A DNA stretch of 64,000 nucleotides from NCBI GenBank assembly GCA_964057225.1, contig OZ059895.1, positions 6,820,001 to 6,884,000 on the forward strand, written 5' to 3'. Made by a program: the position numbers and the translations under genes. Source of the stretch: Auanema rhodensis (Eukaryota; Animalia; Nematoda). Position 1 is the stretch's first letter, and each line of letters opens with the position of its first letter. The notes below the pieces were generated by a model, which worked only from the letters and a program-made list of their open reading frames with translations, did no database searches and was not told the origin of the DNA. This document shows, in pieces, positions 48,501-63,500 of the stretch.

Positions 48501-51500
48501 GGGTATTCATCTTCATCTTTGGTTTAATTACCCAAGTTTGAGGTACTTTGATGATTCAACAAGGGTTACACCTGATGTTGAACTAAATTTTGGAAAGCTC
48601 ACTATATGTGAGCAACATTGATATTTCATCTCTCTGAACATTCGGAAGCTTGTCTATCTCTTGACCGGAAATGGTTATTGTTCAGACAATCTCAGTCTGG
48701 AGTTTTGAATGTTCTTCTGAACAGGAATACGGTGCACGTGCCATTTGCCTTGGGGTATTCAACTTCATTTTTGGTTTAATTACCCAAGTTTGAGGTACTT
48801 TGATGATTCAACAAGGGTTACACCTGATGTTGAACTAAATTTTGGAAAGCTCACTATATGTGAGCAACATTGATATTTCATCTCTCTGAAGATTCGGAAG
48901 CTTGTCTATCTCTTTACCGGAAACTTTTATTGTTCAGACAATCTCAGTCTAGAGTTTTGAATGTTCTTCTGAACAGGAATACGGTGCACGTGCCATTTGC
49001 CTTGGGGTATTCATCTTCATCTTTGGTTTAATTACCCAAGTTTGAGGTACTTTGATGATTCAACAAGGGATACACCTGATGTTGAACTAAATTTTGGAAA
49101 GCTTACTATATGTGAGCAACTTTGATATTTCATCTCTCTGAAGATTCGGAAGCTTGTCTATCTCTTTACCGGAAACTTTTATTGTTCAGACAATCTCAGT
49201 CTAGAGTTTTGAATGTTCTTCTGAACAGGAATACGGTGCACGTGCCATTTGCCTTGGGGTATTCATCTTCATCTTTGGTTTAATTACCCAAGTTTGAGGT
49301 ACTTTGATGATTCAACAAGGGTTACACCTGATGTTGAACTAAATTTTGGAAAGCTCACTATATGTGAGCAACATTGATATTTCATCTCTCTGAACATTCG
49401 GAAGCTTGTCTATCTCTTGACCGGAAATGGTTATTGTTCAGACAATCTCAGTCTGGAGTTTTGAATGTTCTTCTGAACAGGAATACGGTGCACGTGCCAT
49501 TTGCCTTGGGGTATTCAACTTCATTTTTGGTTTAATTACCCAAGTTTGAGGTACTTTGATGATTCAACAAGGGATACACCTGATGTTGAACTAAATTTTG
49601 GAAAGCTTACTATATGTGAGCAACTTTGATATTTCATCTCTCTGAAGATTCGGAAGCTTGTCTATCTCTTTACCGGAAACTTTTATTGTTCAGACAATCT
49701 CAGTCTAGAGTTTTGAATGTTCTTCTGAACAGGAATACGGTGCACGTGCCATTTGCCTTGGGGTATTCATCTTCATCTTTGGTTTAATTACCCAAGTTTG
49801 AGGTACTTTGATGATTCAACAAGGGATACACCTGATGTTGAACTAAATTTTGGAAAGCTTACTATATGTGAGCAACTTTGATATTTCATCTCTCTGAAGA
49901 TTCGGAAGCTTGTCTATCTCTTTACCGGAAACTTTTATTGTTCAGACAATCTCAGTCTAGAGTTTTGAATGTTCTTCTGAACAGGAATACGGTGCACGTG
50001 CCATTTGCCTTGGGGTATTCATCTTCATCTTTGGTTTAATTACCCAAGTTTGAGGTACTTTGATGATTCAACAAGGGTTACACCTGATGTTGAACTAAAT
50101 TTTGGAAAGCTCACTATATGTGAGCAACATTGATATTTCATCTCTCTGAACATTCGGAAGCTTGTCTATCTCTTGACCGGAAATGGTTATTGTTCAGACA
50201 ATCTCAGTCTGGAGTTTTGAATGTTCTTCTGAACAGGAATACGGTGCACGTGCCATTTGCCTTGGGGTATTCAACTTCATTTTTGGTTTAATTACCCAAG
50301 TTTGAGGTACTTTGATGATTCAACAAGGGATACACCTGATGTTGAACTAAATTTTGGAAAGCTTACTATATGTGAGCAACTTTGATATTTCATCTCTCTG
50401 AAGATTCGGAAGCTTGTCTATCTCTTTACCGGAAACTTTTATTGTTCAGACAATCTCAGTCTAGAGTTTTGAATGTTCTTCTGAACAGGAATACGGTGCA
50501 CGTGCCATTTGCCTTGGGGTATTCATCTTCATCTTTGGTTTAATTACCCAAGTTTGAGGTACTTTGATGATTCAGCAAGGGTTACACCTGATGTTGAACT
50601 AAATTTTGGAAAGCTCACTATATGTGAGCAACATTAATATTTCATCTCTCTGAAGATTCGGAAGCTTGTCTATCTCTTTACCGGAAACTTTTATTGTTCA
50701 GACAATCTCAGTCTAGAGTTTTGAATGTTCTTCTGAACAGGAATACGGTGCACGTGCCATTTGCCTTGGGGTATTCATCTTCATCTTTGGTTTAATTACC
50801 CAAGTTTGAGGTACTTTGCTGATTCAACAAGGGTTACACCTGATGTTGAACTAAATTTTGGAAAGCTCACTATATGTGAGCAACATTGATATTTCATCTC
50901 TCTGAAGATTCGGAAGCTTGTCTATCTCTTTACCGGAAACTTTTATTGTTCAGACAATCTCAGTCTAGAGTTTTGAATGTTCTTCTGAACAGGAATACGG
51001 TGCACGTGCCATTTGCCTTGGGGTATTCATCTTCATCTTTGGTTTAATTACCCAAGTTTGAGGTACTTTGATGATTCAACAAGGGTTACACCTGATGTTG
51101 AACTAAATTTTGGAAAGCTCACTATATGTGAGCAACATTGATATTTCATCTCTCTGAACATTCGGAAGCTTGTCTATCTCTTGACCGGAAATGGTTATTG
51201 TTCAGACAATCTCAGTCTGGAGTTTTGAATGTTCTTCTGAACAGGAATACGGTGCACGTGCCATTTGCCTTGGGGTATTCAACTTCATTTTTGGTTTAAT
51301 TACCCAAGTTTGAGGTACTTTGATGATTCAACAAGGGTTACACCTGATGTTGAACTAAATTTTGGAAAGCTCACTATATGTGAGCAACATTGATATTTCA
51401 TCTCTCTGAACATTCGGAAGCTTGTCTATCTCTTGACCGGAAATGGTTATTGTTCAGACAATCTTAGTCTAGAGTTTTGAATGTTCTTCTGAACAGGAAT

Positions 51501-54500
51501 ACGGTGCACGTGCCATTTGCCTTGGGGTATTCAACTTCATTTTTGGTTTAATTACCCAAGTTTGAGGTACTTTGATGATTCAACAAGGGTTACACCTGAT
51601 GTTGAACTAAATTTTGGAAAGCTCACTATATGTGAGCAACATTGATATTTCATCTCTCTGAACATTCGGAAGCTTGTCTATCTCTTGACCGGAAATGGTT
51701 ATTGTTCAGACAATCTCAGTCTAGAGTTTTGAATGTTCTTCTGAACAGGAATACGGTGCACGTGCCATTTGCCTTGGGGTATTCAACTTCATTTTTGGTT
51801 TAATTACCCAAGTTTGAGGTACTTTGATGATTCAACAAGGGTTACACCTGATGTTGAACTAAATTTTGGAAAGCTCACTATATGTGAGCAACATTGATAT
51901 TTCATCTCTCTGAAGATTTGGAAGCTTGTCTATCTCTTGACCGGAAACTTTTATTGTTCAGACAATCTCAGTCTAGAGTTTTGAATGTTCTTCTGAACAG
52001 GAATACGGTGCACGTGCCATTTGCCTTGGGGTATTCAACTTCATTTTTGGTTTAATTACCCAAGTTTGAGGTACTTTGATGATTCAACAAGGGTTACACC
52101 TGATGTTGAACTAAATTTTGGAAAGCTCACTATATGTGAGCAACATTGATATTTCATCTCTCTGAAGATTTGGAAGCTTGTCTATCTCTTGACCGGAAAC
52201 TTTTATTGTTCAGACAATCTCAGTCTAGAGTTTTGAATGTTCTTCTGAACAGGAATACGGTGCACGTGCCATTTGCCTTGGGGTATTCAACTTCATTTTT
52301 GGTTTAATTACCCAAGTTTGAGGTACTTTGATGATTCAACAAGGGTTACACCTGATGTTGAACTAAATTTTGGAAAGCTCACTATATGTGAGCAACATTG
52401 ATATTTCATCTCTCTGAAGATTCGGAAGCTTGTCTATCTCTTGACCGGAAATGGTTATTGTTCAGACAATCTCAGTCTAGAGTTTTGAATGTTCTTCTGA
52501 ACAGGAATTCGGTGCACGTGCCATTTGCCTTGGGGTATTCAACTTCATTTTTGGTTTAATTACCCAAGTTTGAGGTACTTTGATGATTCAACAAGGGTTA
52601 CACCTGATGTTGAACTAAATTTTGGAAAGCTCACTATATGTGAGCAACATTGATATTTCATCTCTCTGAAGATTCGGAAGCTTGTCTCTCTCTTTACCGG
52701 AAACTTTTATTGTTCAGACAATCTCAGTCTAGAGTTTTGAATGTTCTTCTGAACAGGAATACGGTGCACGTGCCATTTGCCTTGGGGTATTCAACTTCAT
52801 TTTTGGTTTAATTACCCAAGTTTGAGGTACTTTGATGATTCAACAAGGGTTACACCTGATGTTGAACTAAATTTTGGAAAGCTCACTATATGTGAGCAAC
52901 ATTGATATTTCATCTCTCTGAACATTCGGAAGCTTGTCTATCTCTTGACCGGAAATGGTTATTGTTCAGACAATCTCAGTCTAGAGTTTTGAATGTTCTT
53001 CTGAACAGGAATACGGTGCACGTGCCATTTGCATTGGGGTATTCAACTTCATTTTTGGTTTAATTACCCAAGTTTGAGGTACTTTGATGATTCAACAAGG
53101 GTTACACCTGATGTTGAACTAAATTTTGGAAAGCTCACTATATGTGAGCAACATTGATATTTCATCTCTCTGAAGATTCGGAAGCTTGTCTCTCTCTTTA
53201 CCGGAAACTTTTATTGTTCAGACAATCTCAGTCTAGAGTTTTGAATGTTCTTCTGAACAGGAATACGGTGCACGTGCCATTTGCCTTGGGGTATTCAACT
53301 TCATTTTTGGTTTAATTACCCAAGTTTGAGGTACTTTGATGATTCAACAAGGGTTACACCTGATGTTGAACTAAATTTTGGAAAGCTCACTATATGTGAG
53401 CAACATTGATATTTCATCTCTCTGAACATTCGGAAGCTTGTCTATCTCTTGACCGGAAATGGTTATTGTTCAGACAATCTCAGTCTAGAGTTTTGAATGT
53501 TCTTCTGAACAGGAATACGGTGCACGTGCCATTTGCCTTGGGGTATTCATCTACATCTTTGGTTTAATTACCCAAGTTTGAGGTACTTTGATGATTCAAC
53601 AAGGGTTACACCTGATGTTGAACTAAATTTTGGAAAGCTCACTATATGTGAGCAACATTGATATTTCATCTCTCTGAAGATTTGGAAGCTTGTCTATCTC
53701 TTGACCGGAAACTTTTATTGTTCAGACAATCTCAGTCTAGAGTTTTGAATGTTCTTCTGAACAGGAATACGGTGCACGTGCCATTTGCCTTGGGGTATTC
53801 AACTTCATTTTTGGTTTAATTACCCAAGTTTGAGGTACTTTGATGATTCAACAAGGGTTACACCTGATGTTGAACTAAATTTTGGAAAGCTCACTATATG
53901 TGAGCAACATTGATATTTCATCTCTCTGAAGATTCGGAAGCTTGTCTATCTCTTGACCGGAAACTTTTATTGTTCAGACAATCTCAGTCTAGAGTTTTGA
54001 ATGTTCTTCTGAACAGGAATTCGGTGCACGTGCCATTTGCCTTGGGGTATTCAACTTCATTTTTGGTTTAATTACCCAAGTTTGAGGTACTTTGATGATT
54101 CAACAAGGGTTACACCTGATGTTGAACTAAATTTTGGAAAGCTCACTATATGTGAGCAACATTGATATTTCATCTCTCTGAACATTCGGAAGCTTGTCTA
54201 TCTCTTGACCGGAAATGGTTATTGTTCAGACAATCTCAGTCTAGAGTTTTGAATGTTCTTCTGAACAGGAATACGGTGCACGTGCCATTTGCCTTGGGGT
54301 ATTCAACTTCATTTTTGGTTTAATTACCCAAGTTTGAGGTACTTTGATGATTCAACAAGGGTTACACCTGATGTTGAACTAAATTTTGGAAAGCTCACTA
54401 TATGTGAGCAACATTGATATTTCATTTCTCTGAAGATTTGGAAGCTTGTCTATCTCTTGACCGGAAACTTTTATTGTTCAGACAATCTCAGTCTAGAGTT

Positions 54501-57500
54501 TTGAATGTTCTTCTGAACAGGAATACGGTGCACGTGCCATTTGCCTCGGGGTATTCAACTTCATTTTTGGTTTAATTACCCAAGTTTGAGGTACTTTGAT
54601 GATTCAACAAGGGTTACACCTGATGTTGAACTAAATTTTGGAAAGCTCACTATATGTGAGCAACATTGATATTTCATCTCTCTGAAGATTCGGAAGCTTG
54701 TCTATCTCTTGACCGGAAACTTTTATTGTTCAGACAATCTCAGTCTAGAGTTTTGAATGTTCTTCTGAACAGGAATTCGGTGCACGTGCCATTTGCCTTG
54801 GGGTATTCAACTTCATTTTTGGTTTAATTACCCAAGTTTGAGGTACTTTGATGATTCAACAAGGGTTACACCTGATGTTGAACTAAATTTTGGAAAGCTC
54901 ACTATATGTGAGCAACATTGATATTTCATCTCTCTGAACATTCGGAAGCTTGTCTATCTCTTGACCGGAAATGGTTATTGTTCAGACAATCTCAGTCTAG
55001 AGTTTTGAATGTTCTTCTGAACAGGAATACGGTGCACGTGCCATTTGCCTTGGGGTATTCAACTTCATTTTTGGTTTAATTACCCAAGTTTGAGGTACTT
55101 TGATGATTCAACAAGGGTTACACCTGATGTTGAACTAAATTTTGGAAAGCTCACTATATGTGAGCAACATTGATATTTCATTTCTCTGAAGATTTGGAAG
55201 CTTGTCTATCTCTTGACCGGAAACTTTTATTGTTCAGACAATCTCAGTCTAGAGTTTTGAATGTTCTTCTGAACAGGAATACGGTGCACGTGCCATTTGC
55301 CTCGGGGTATTCAACTTCATTTTTGGTTTAATTACCCAAGTTTGAGGTACTTTGATTTTTCAACAAGGGTTACACCTGATGTTGAACTAAATTTTGGAAA
55401 GCTCACTATATGTGAGCAACATTGATATTTCATCTCTCTGAAGATTCGGAAGCTTGTCTATCTCTTGACCGGAAACTTTTATTGTTCAGACAATCTCAGT
55501 CTAGAGTTTTGAATGTTCTTCTGAACAGGAATTCGGTGCACGTGCCATTTGCCTTGGGGTATTCAACTTCATTTTTGGTTTAATTACCCAAGTTTGAGGT
55601 ACTTTGATGATTCAACAAGGGTTACACCTGATGTTGAACTAAATTTTGGAAAGCTCACTATATGTGAGCAACATTGATATTTCATCTCTCTGAACATTCG
55701 GAAGCTTGTCTATCTCTTGACCGGAAATGGTTATTGTTCAGACAATCTCAGTCTAGAGTTTTGAATGTTCTTCTGAACAGGAATACGGTGCACGTGCCAT
55801 TTGCCTTGGGGTATTCAACTTCATTTTTGGTTTAATTACCCAAGTTTGAGGTACTTTGATGATTCAACAAGGGTTACACCTGATGTTGAACTAAATTTTG
55901 GAAAGCTCACTATATGTGAGCAACATTGATATTTCATCTCTCTGAAGATTCGGAAGCTTGTCTATCTCTTGACCGGAAATGTTTATTGTTCAGACAATCT
56001 CAGTCTGGAGTTTTGAATGTTCTTCTGAACAGGAATACGGTGCACGTGCCATTTGCCTTGGGGTATTCAACTTCATTTTTTTTTTAATTACCCAAGTTTG
56101 AGGTACTTTGATGATTCAACAAGGGTTACACCTGATGTTGAACTAAATTTTGGAAAGCTCACTATATGTGAGCAACATTGATATTTCATCTCTCTGAACA
56201 TTCGGAAGCTTGTCTATCTCTTGACCGGAAATGGTTATTGTTCAGACAATCTCAGTCTAGAGTTTTGAATGTTCTTCTGAACAGGAATACGGTGCACGTG
56301 CCATTTGCCTCGGGGTATTCAACTTCATTTTTGGTTTAATTACCCAAGTTTGAGGTACTTTGATTTTTCAACAAGGGTTACACCTGATGTTGAACTAAAT
56401 TTTGGAAAGCTCACTATATGTGAGCAACATTGATATTTCATCTCTCTGAAGATTCGGAAGCTTGTCTATCTCTTGACCGGAAACTTTTATTGTTCAGACA
56501 ATCTCAGTCTAGAGTTTTGAATGTTCTTCTGAACAGGAATTCGGTGCACGTGCCATTTGCCTTGGGGTATTCAACTTCATTTTTGGTTTAATTACCCAAG
56601 TTTGAGGTACTTTGATGATTCAACAAGGGTTACACCTGATGTTGAACTAAATTTTGGAAAGCTCACTATATGTGAGCAACATTGATATTTCATCTCTCTG
56701 AACATTCGGAAGCTTGTCTATCTCTTGACCGGAAATGGTTATTGTTCAGACAATCTCAGTCTAGAGTTTTGAATGTTCTTCTGAACAGGAATACGGTGCA
56801 CGTGCCATTTGCCTTGGGGTATTCAACTTCATTTTTGGTTTAATTACCCAAGTTTGAGGTACTTTGATGATTCAACAAGGGTTACACCTGATGTTGAACT
56901 AAATTTTGGAAAGCTCACTATATGTGAGCAACATTGATATTTCATCTCTCTGAAGATTCGGAAGCTTGTCTATCTCTTGACCGGAAATGTTTATTGTTCA
57001 GACAATCTCAGTCTGGAGTTTTGAATGTTCTTCTGAACAGGAATACGGTGCACGTGCCATTTGCCTTGGGGTATTCAACTTCATTTTTTTTTTAATTACC
57101 CAAGTTTGAGGTACTTTGATGATTCAACAAGGGTTACACCTGATGTTGAACTAAATTTTGGAAAGCTCACTATATGTGAGCAACATTGATATTTCATCTC
57201 TCTGAACATTCGGAAGCTTGTCTATCTCTTGACCGGAAATGGTTATTGTTCAGACAATCTCAGTCTAGAGTTTTGAATGTTCTTCTGAACAGGAATACGG
57301 TGCACGTGCCATTTGCCTTGGGGTATTCAACTTCATTTTTGGTTTAATTACCCAAGTTTGAGGTACTTTGATGATTCAACAAGGGTTACACCTGATGTTG
57401 AACTAAATTTTGGAAAGCTCACTATATGTGAGCAACATTGATATTTCATCTCTCTGAACATTCGGAAGCTTGTCTATCTCTTGACCGGAAACTTTTATTG

Positions 57501-60500
57501 TTCAGACAATCTCAGTCTAGAGTTTTGAATGTTCTTCTGAACAGGAATACGGTGCACGTGCCATTTGCCTTGGGGTACTCAACTTCATTTTTGGTTTAAT
57601 TACCCAAGTTTGAGGTACTTTGATGATTCAACAAGGGTTACACCTGATGTTGAACTAAATTTTGGAAAGCTCACTATATGTGAGCAACATTGATATTTCA
57701 TCTCTCTGAAGATTTGGAAGCTTGTCTATCTCTTGACCGGAAACTTTTATTGTTCAGACAATCTCAGTCTAGAGTTTTGAATGTTCTTCTGAACAGGAAT
57801 ACGGTGCACGTTCCATTCGCCTTGGGGTATTCAACTTCATTTTTGGTTTAATTACCCAAGTTTGAGGTACTTTGATGATTCAACAAGGGTTACACCTGAT
57901 GTTGAACTAAATTTTGGAAAGCTCACTATATGTGAGCAACATTGATATTTCATCTCTCTGAAGATTCGGAAGCTTGTCTATCTCTTGACCGGAAACTTTT
58001 ATTGTTCAGACAATCTCAGTCTAGAGTTTTGAATGTTCTTCTGAACAGGAATTCGGTGCACGTGCCATTTGCCTTGGGGTATTCAACTTCATTTTTGGTT
58101 TAATTACCCAAGTTTGAGGTACTTTGATGATTCAACAAGGGTTACACCTGATGTTGAACTAAATTTTGGAAAGCTCACTATATGTGAGCAACATTGATAT
58201 TTCATCTCTCTGAAGATTTGGAAGCTTGTCTATCTCTTGACCGGAAACTTTTATTGTTCAGACAATCTCAGTCTAGAGTTTTGAATGTTCTTCTGAACAG
58301 GAATACGGTGCACGTGCCATTTGCCTTGGGGTATTCAACTTCATTTTTGGTTTAATTACCCAAGTTTGAGGTACTTTGATGATTCAACAAGGGTTACACC
58401 TGATGTTGAACTAAATTTTGGAAAGCTCACTATATGTGAGCAACATTGATATTTCATCTCTCTGAACATTCGGAAGCTTGTCTATCTCTTGACCGGAAAT
58501 GGTTATTGTTCAGACAATCTCAGTCTAGAGTTTTGAATGTTCTTCTGAACAGGAATACGGTGCACGTGCCATTTGCCTTGGGGTATTCAACTTCATTTTT
58601 GGTTTAATTACCCAAGTTTGAGGTACTTTGATGATTCAACAAGGGTTACACCTGATGTTGAACTAAATTTTGGAAAGCTCACTATATGTGAGCAACATTG
58701 ATATTTCATCTCTCTGAACATTCGGAAGCTTGTCTATCTCTTGACCGGAAATGGTTATTGTTCAGACAATCTCAGTCTAGAGTTTTGAATGTTCTTCTGA
58801 ACAGGAATACGGTGCACGTGCCATTTGCCTTGGGGTATTCAACTTCATTTTTGGTTTAATTACCCAAGTTTGAGGTACTTTGATGATTCAACAAGGGTTA
58901 CACCTGATGTTGAACTAAATTTTGGAAAGCTCACTATATGTGAGCAACATTGATATTTCATCTCTCTGAAGATTCGGAAGCTTGTCTATCTCTTGACCGG
59001 AAACTTTTATTGTTCAGACAATCTCAGTCTAGAGTTTTGAATGTTCTTCTGAACAGGAATACGGTGCACGTGCCATTTGCCTTGGGGTATTCAACTTCAT
59101 TTTTGGTTTAATTACCCAAGTTTGATGTACTTTGATGATTCAACAAGGGTTACACCTGATGTTGAACTAAATTTTGGAAAGCTCACTATATGTGAGCAAC
59201 ATTGATATTTCATCTCTCTGAAGATTCGGAAGCTTGTCTATCTCTTGACCGGAAATGTTTATTGTTCAGACAATCTCAGTCTAGAGTTTTGAATGTTCTT
59301 CTGAACAGGAATACGGTGCACGTGCCATTTGCCTTGGGGTATTCAACTTCATTTTTGGTTTAATTACCCAAGTTTGAGGTACTTTGATGATTCAACAAGG
59401 GTTACACCTGATGTTGAACTAAATTTTGAAAAGCTCACTATATGTGAGCAACATTGATATTTCATCTCTCTGAAGATTCGGAAGCTTGTCTATCTCTTGA
59501 CCGGAAATGTTTATTGTTCAGACAATCTCAGTCTAGAGTTTTGAATGTTCTTCTGAACAGGAATACGGTGCACGTGCCATTTGCCTTGGGGTATTCATCT
59601 TCATTTTTGGTTTAATTACCCAAGTTTGAGGTACTTTGATGATTCAACAAGGGTTACACCTGATGTTGAACTAAATTTTGAAAAGCTCACTATATGTGAG
59701 CAACATTGATATTTCATCTCTCTGAAGATTCGGAAGCTTGTCTATCTCTTGACCGGAAACTTTTATTGTTCAGACAATCTCAGTCTAGAGTTTTGAATGT
59801 TCTTCTGAACAGGAATACGGTGCACGTGCCATTTGCCTTGGGGTATTCAACTTCATTTTTGGTTTAATTACCCAAGTTTGATGTACTTTGATGATTCAAC
59901 AAGGGTTACACCTGATGTTGAACTAAATTTTGGAAAGCTCACTATATGTGAGCAACATTGATATTTCATCTCTCTGAAGATTCGGAAGCTTGTCTATCTC
60001 TTGACCGGAAATGTTTATTGTTCAGACAATCTCAGTCTAGAGTTTTGAATGTTCTTCTGAACAGGAATACGGTGCACGTGCCATTTGCCTTGGGGTATTC
60101 AACTTCATTTTTGGTTTAATTACCCAAGTTTGAGGTACTTTGATGATTCAACAAGGGTTACACCTGATGTTGAACTAAATTTTGAAAAGCTCACTATATG
60201 TGAGCAACATTGATATTTCATCTCTCTGAAGATTCGGAAGCTTGTCTATCTCTTGACCGGAAATGTTTATTGTTCAGACAATCTCAGTCTAGAGTTTTGA
60301 ATGTTCTTCTGAACAGGAATACGGTGCACGTGCCATTTGCCTTGGGGTATTCATCTTCATTTTTGGTTTAATTACCCAAGTTTGAGGTACTTTGATGATT
60401 CAACAAGGGTTACACCTGATGTTGAACTAAATTTTGAAAAGCTCACTATATGTGAGCAACATTGATATTTCATCTCTCTGAAGATTCGGAAGCTTGTCTA

Positions 60501-63500
60501 TCTCTTTACCGGAAACTTTTATTGTTCAGACAATCTCAGTTTGGAGTTTTGAATGTTCTTCTGAACAGGAATACGGTGCACGTGCCATTTGCCTTGGGGT
60601 ATTCATCTTCATCTTTGGTTTAATTACCCAAGTTTGAGGTACTTTGATGATTCAACAAGGGTTACACCTGATGTTGAACTAAATTTTGGAAAGCTCACTA
60701 TATGTGAGCAACAGTGATATTTCATCTCTCTGAAGATTCGGAAGCTTGTCTATCTCTTTACCGGAAACTTTTATTGTTCAGACAATCTCAGTTTGGAGTT
60801 TTGAATGTTCTTCTGAACAGGAATACGGTGCACGTGCCATTTGCCTTGGGGTATTCATCTTCATCTTTGGTTTAATTACCCAAGTTTGAGGTACTTTGAT
60901 GATTCAACAAGGGTTACACCTGATGTTGAACTAAATTTTGAAAAGCTCACTATATGTGAGCAACATTGATATTTCATCTCTCTGAAGATTCGGAAGCTTG
61001 TCTATCTCTTTACCGGAAACTTTTATTGTTCAGACAATCTCAGTTTGGAGTTTTGAATGTTCTTCTGAACAGGAATTCGGTGCACGTGCCATTTGCCTTG
61101 GGGTATACAACTTCATTTTTGGTTTAATTACCCAAGTTTGAGGTACTTTGATGATTCAACAAGGGTTACACCTGATGTTGAACTAAATTTTGGAAAGCTC
61201 ACTATATGTGAGCAACATTGATATTTCATCTCTCTGAAGATTCGGAAGCTTGTCTATCTCTTTACCGGAAACTTTTATTGTTCAGACAATCTCAGTCTAG
61301 AGTTTTGAATGTTCTTCTGAACAGGAATACGGTGCACGTGCCATTTGCCTTGGGGTATTCAACTTCATTTTTGGTTTAATTACCCAAGTTTGAGGTACTT
61401 TGATGATTCAACAAGGGTTACACCTGATGTTGAACTAAATTTTGGAAAGCTCACTATATGTGAGCAACATTGATATTTCATCTCTCTGAAGATTCGGAAG
61501 CTTGTCTATCTCTTGACCGGAAACTTTTATTGTTCAGACAATCTCAGTCTAGAGTTTTGAATGTTCTTCTGAACAGGAATACGGTGCACGTGCCATTTGC
61601 CTTGGGGTATTCAACTTCATTTTTGGTTTAATTACCCAAGTTTGAGGTACTTTGATGATTCAACAAGGGTTACACCTGATGTTGAACTAAATTTTGGAAA
61701 GCTCACTATATGTGAGCAACAGTGATATTTCATCTCTCTGAAGATTCGGAAGCTTGTCTATCTCTTGACCGGAAACTTTTATTGTTCAGACAATCTCAGT
61801 CTAGAGTTTTGAATGTTCTTCTGAACAGGAATACGGTGCACGTGCCATTTGCCTTGGGGTATTCAACTTCATTTTTGGTTTAATTACCCAAGTTTGAGGT
61901 ACTTTGATGATTCAACAAGGGTTACACCTGATGTTGAACTAAATTTTGGAAAGCTCACTATATGTGAGCAACATTGATATTTCATCTCTCTGAACATTCG
62001 GAAGCTTGTCTATCTCTCGACCGGAAATGGTTATTGTTCAGACAATCTCAGTCTAGAGTTTTGAATGTTCTTCTGAACAGGAATACGGTGCACGTGCCAT
62101 TTGCCTTGGGGTATTCAACTTCATTTTTGGTTTAATTACCCAAGTTTGAGGTACTTTGATGATTCAACAAGGGTTACACCTGATGTTGAACTAAATTTTG
62201 GAAAGCTCACTATATGTGAGCAACATTGATATTTCATCTCTCTGAAGATTCGGAAGCTTGTCTATCTCTTGACCGGAAATGTTTATTGTTCAGACAATCT
62301 CAGTCTAGAGTTTTGAATGTTCTTCTGAACAGGAATACGGTGCACGTGCCATTTGCCTTGGGGTATTCAACTTCATTTTTGGTTTAATCACCCAAGTTTG
62401 AGGTACTTTGATGATTCAACAACGGTTACACCTGATGTTGAACTAAATTTTGGAAAGCTCACTATATGTGAGCAACATTGATATTTCATCTCTCTGAAGA
62501 TTCGGAAGCTTGTCTATCTCTTGACCGGAAATGTTTATTGTTCAGACAATCTCAGTCTAGAGTTTTGAATGTTCTTCTGAACAGGAATACGGTGCACGTG
62601 CCATTTGCCTTGGGGTATTCAACTTCATTTTTGGTTTAATCACCCAAGTTTGAGGTACTTTGATGATTCAACAACGGTTACACCTGATGTTGAACTAAAT
62701 TTTGGAAAGCTCACTATATGTGAGCAACATTGATATTTCATCACTCTGAACATTCGGAAGCTTGTCTATCTCTTGACCGGAAATGTTTATTGTTCAGACA
62801 ATCTCAGTCTAGAGTTTTGAATGTTCTTCTGAACAGGAATACAGTGCACGTGCCATTTGCCTTGGGGTATTCAACTTCATTTTTGGTTTAATCACCCAAG
62901 TTTGAGGTACTTTGATGATTCAACAACGGTTACACCTGATGTTGAACTAAATTTTGGAAAGCTCACTATATGTGAGCAACATTGATATTTCATCTCTCTG
63001 AAGATTCGGAAGCTTGTCTATCTCTTGACCGGAAATGTTTATTGTTCAGACAATCTCAGTCTAGAGTTTTGAATGTTCTTCTGAACAGGAATACGGTGCA
63101 CGTGCCATTTGCCTTGGGGTATTCAACTTCATTTTTGGTTTAATTACCCAAGTTTGAGGTACTTTGATGATTCAACAAGGGTTACACCTGATGTTGAACT
63201 AAATTTTGAAAAGCTCACTATATGTGAGCAACATTGATATTTCATCTCTCTGAAGATTTGGAAGCTTGTCTATCTCTTGACCGGAAACTTTTATTGTTCA
63301 GACAATCTCAGTCTAGAGTTTTGAATGTTCTTCTGAACAGGAATACGGTGCACGTGCCATTTGCCTTGGGGTATTCAACTTCATTTTTGGTTTAATTACC
63401 CAAGTTTGAGGTACTTTGATGATTCAACAAGGGTTACACCTGATGTTGAACTAAATTTTGGAAAGCTCACTATATGTGAGCAACATTGATATTTCATCTC

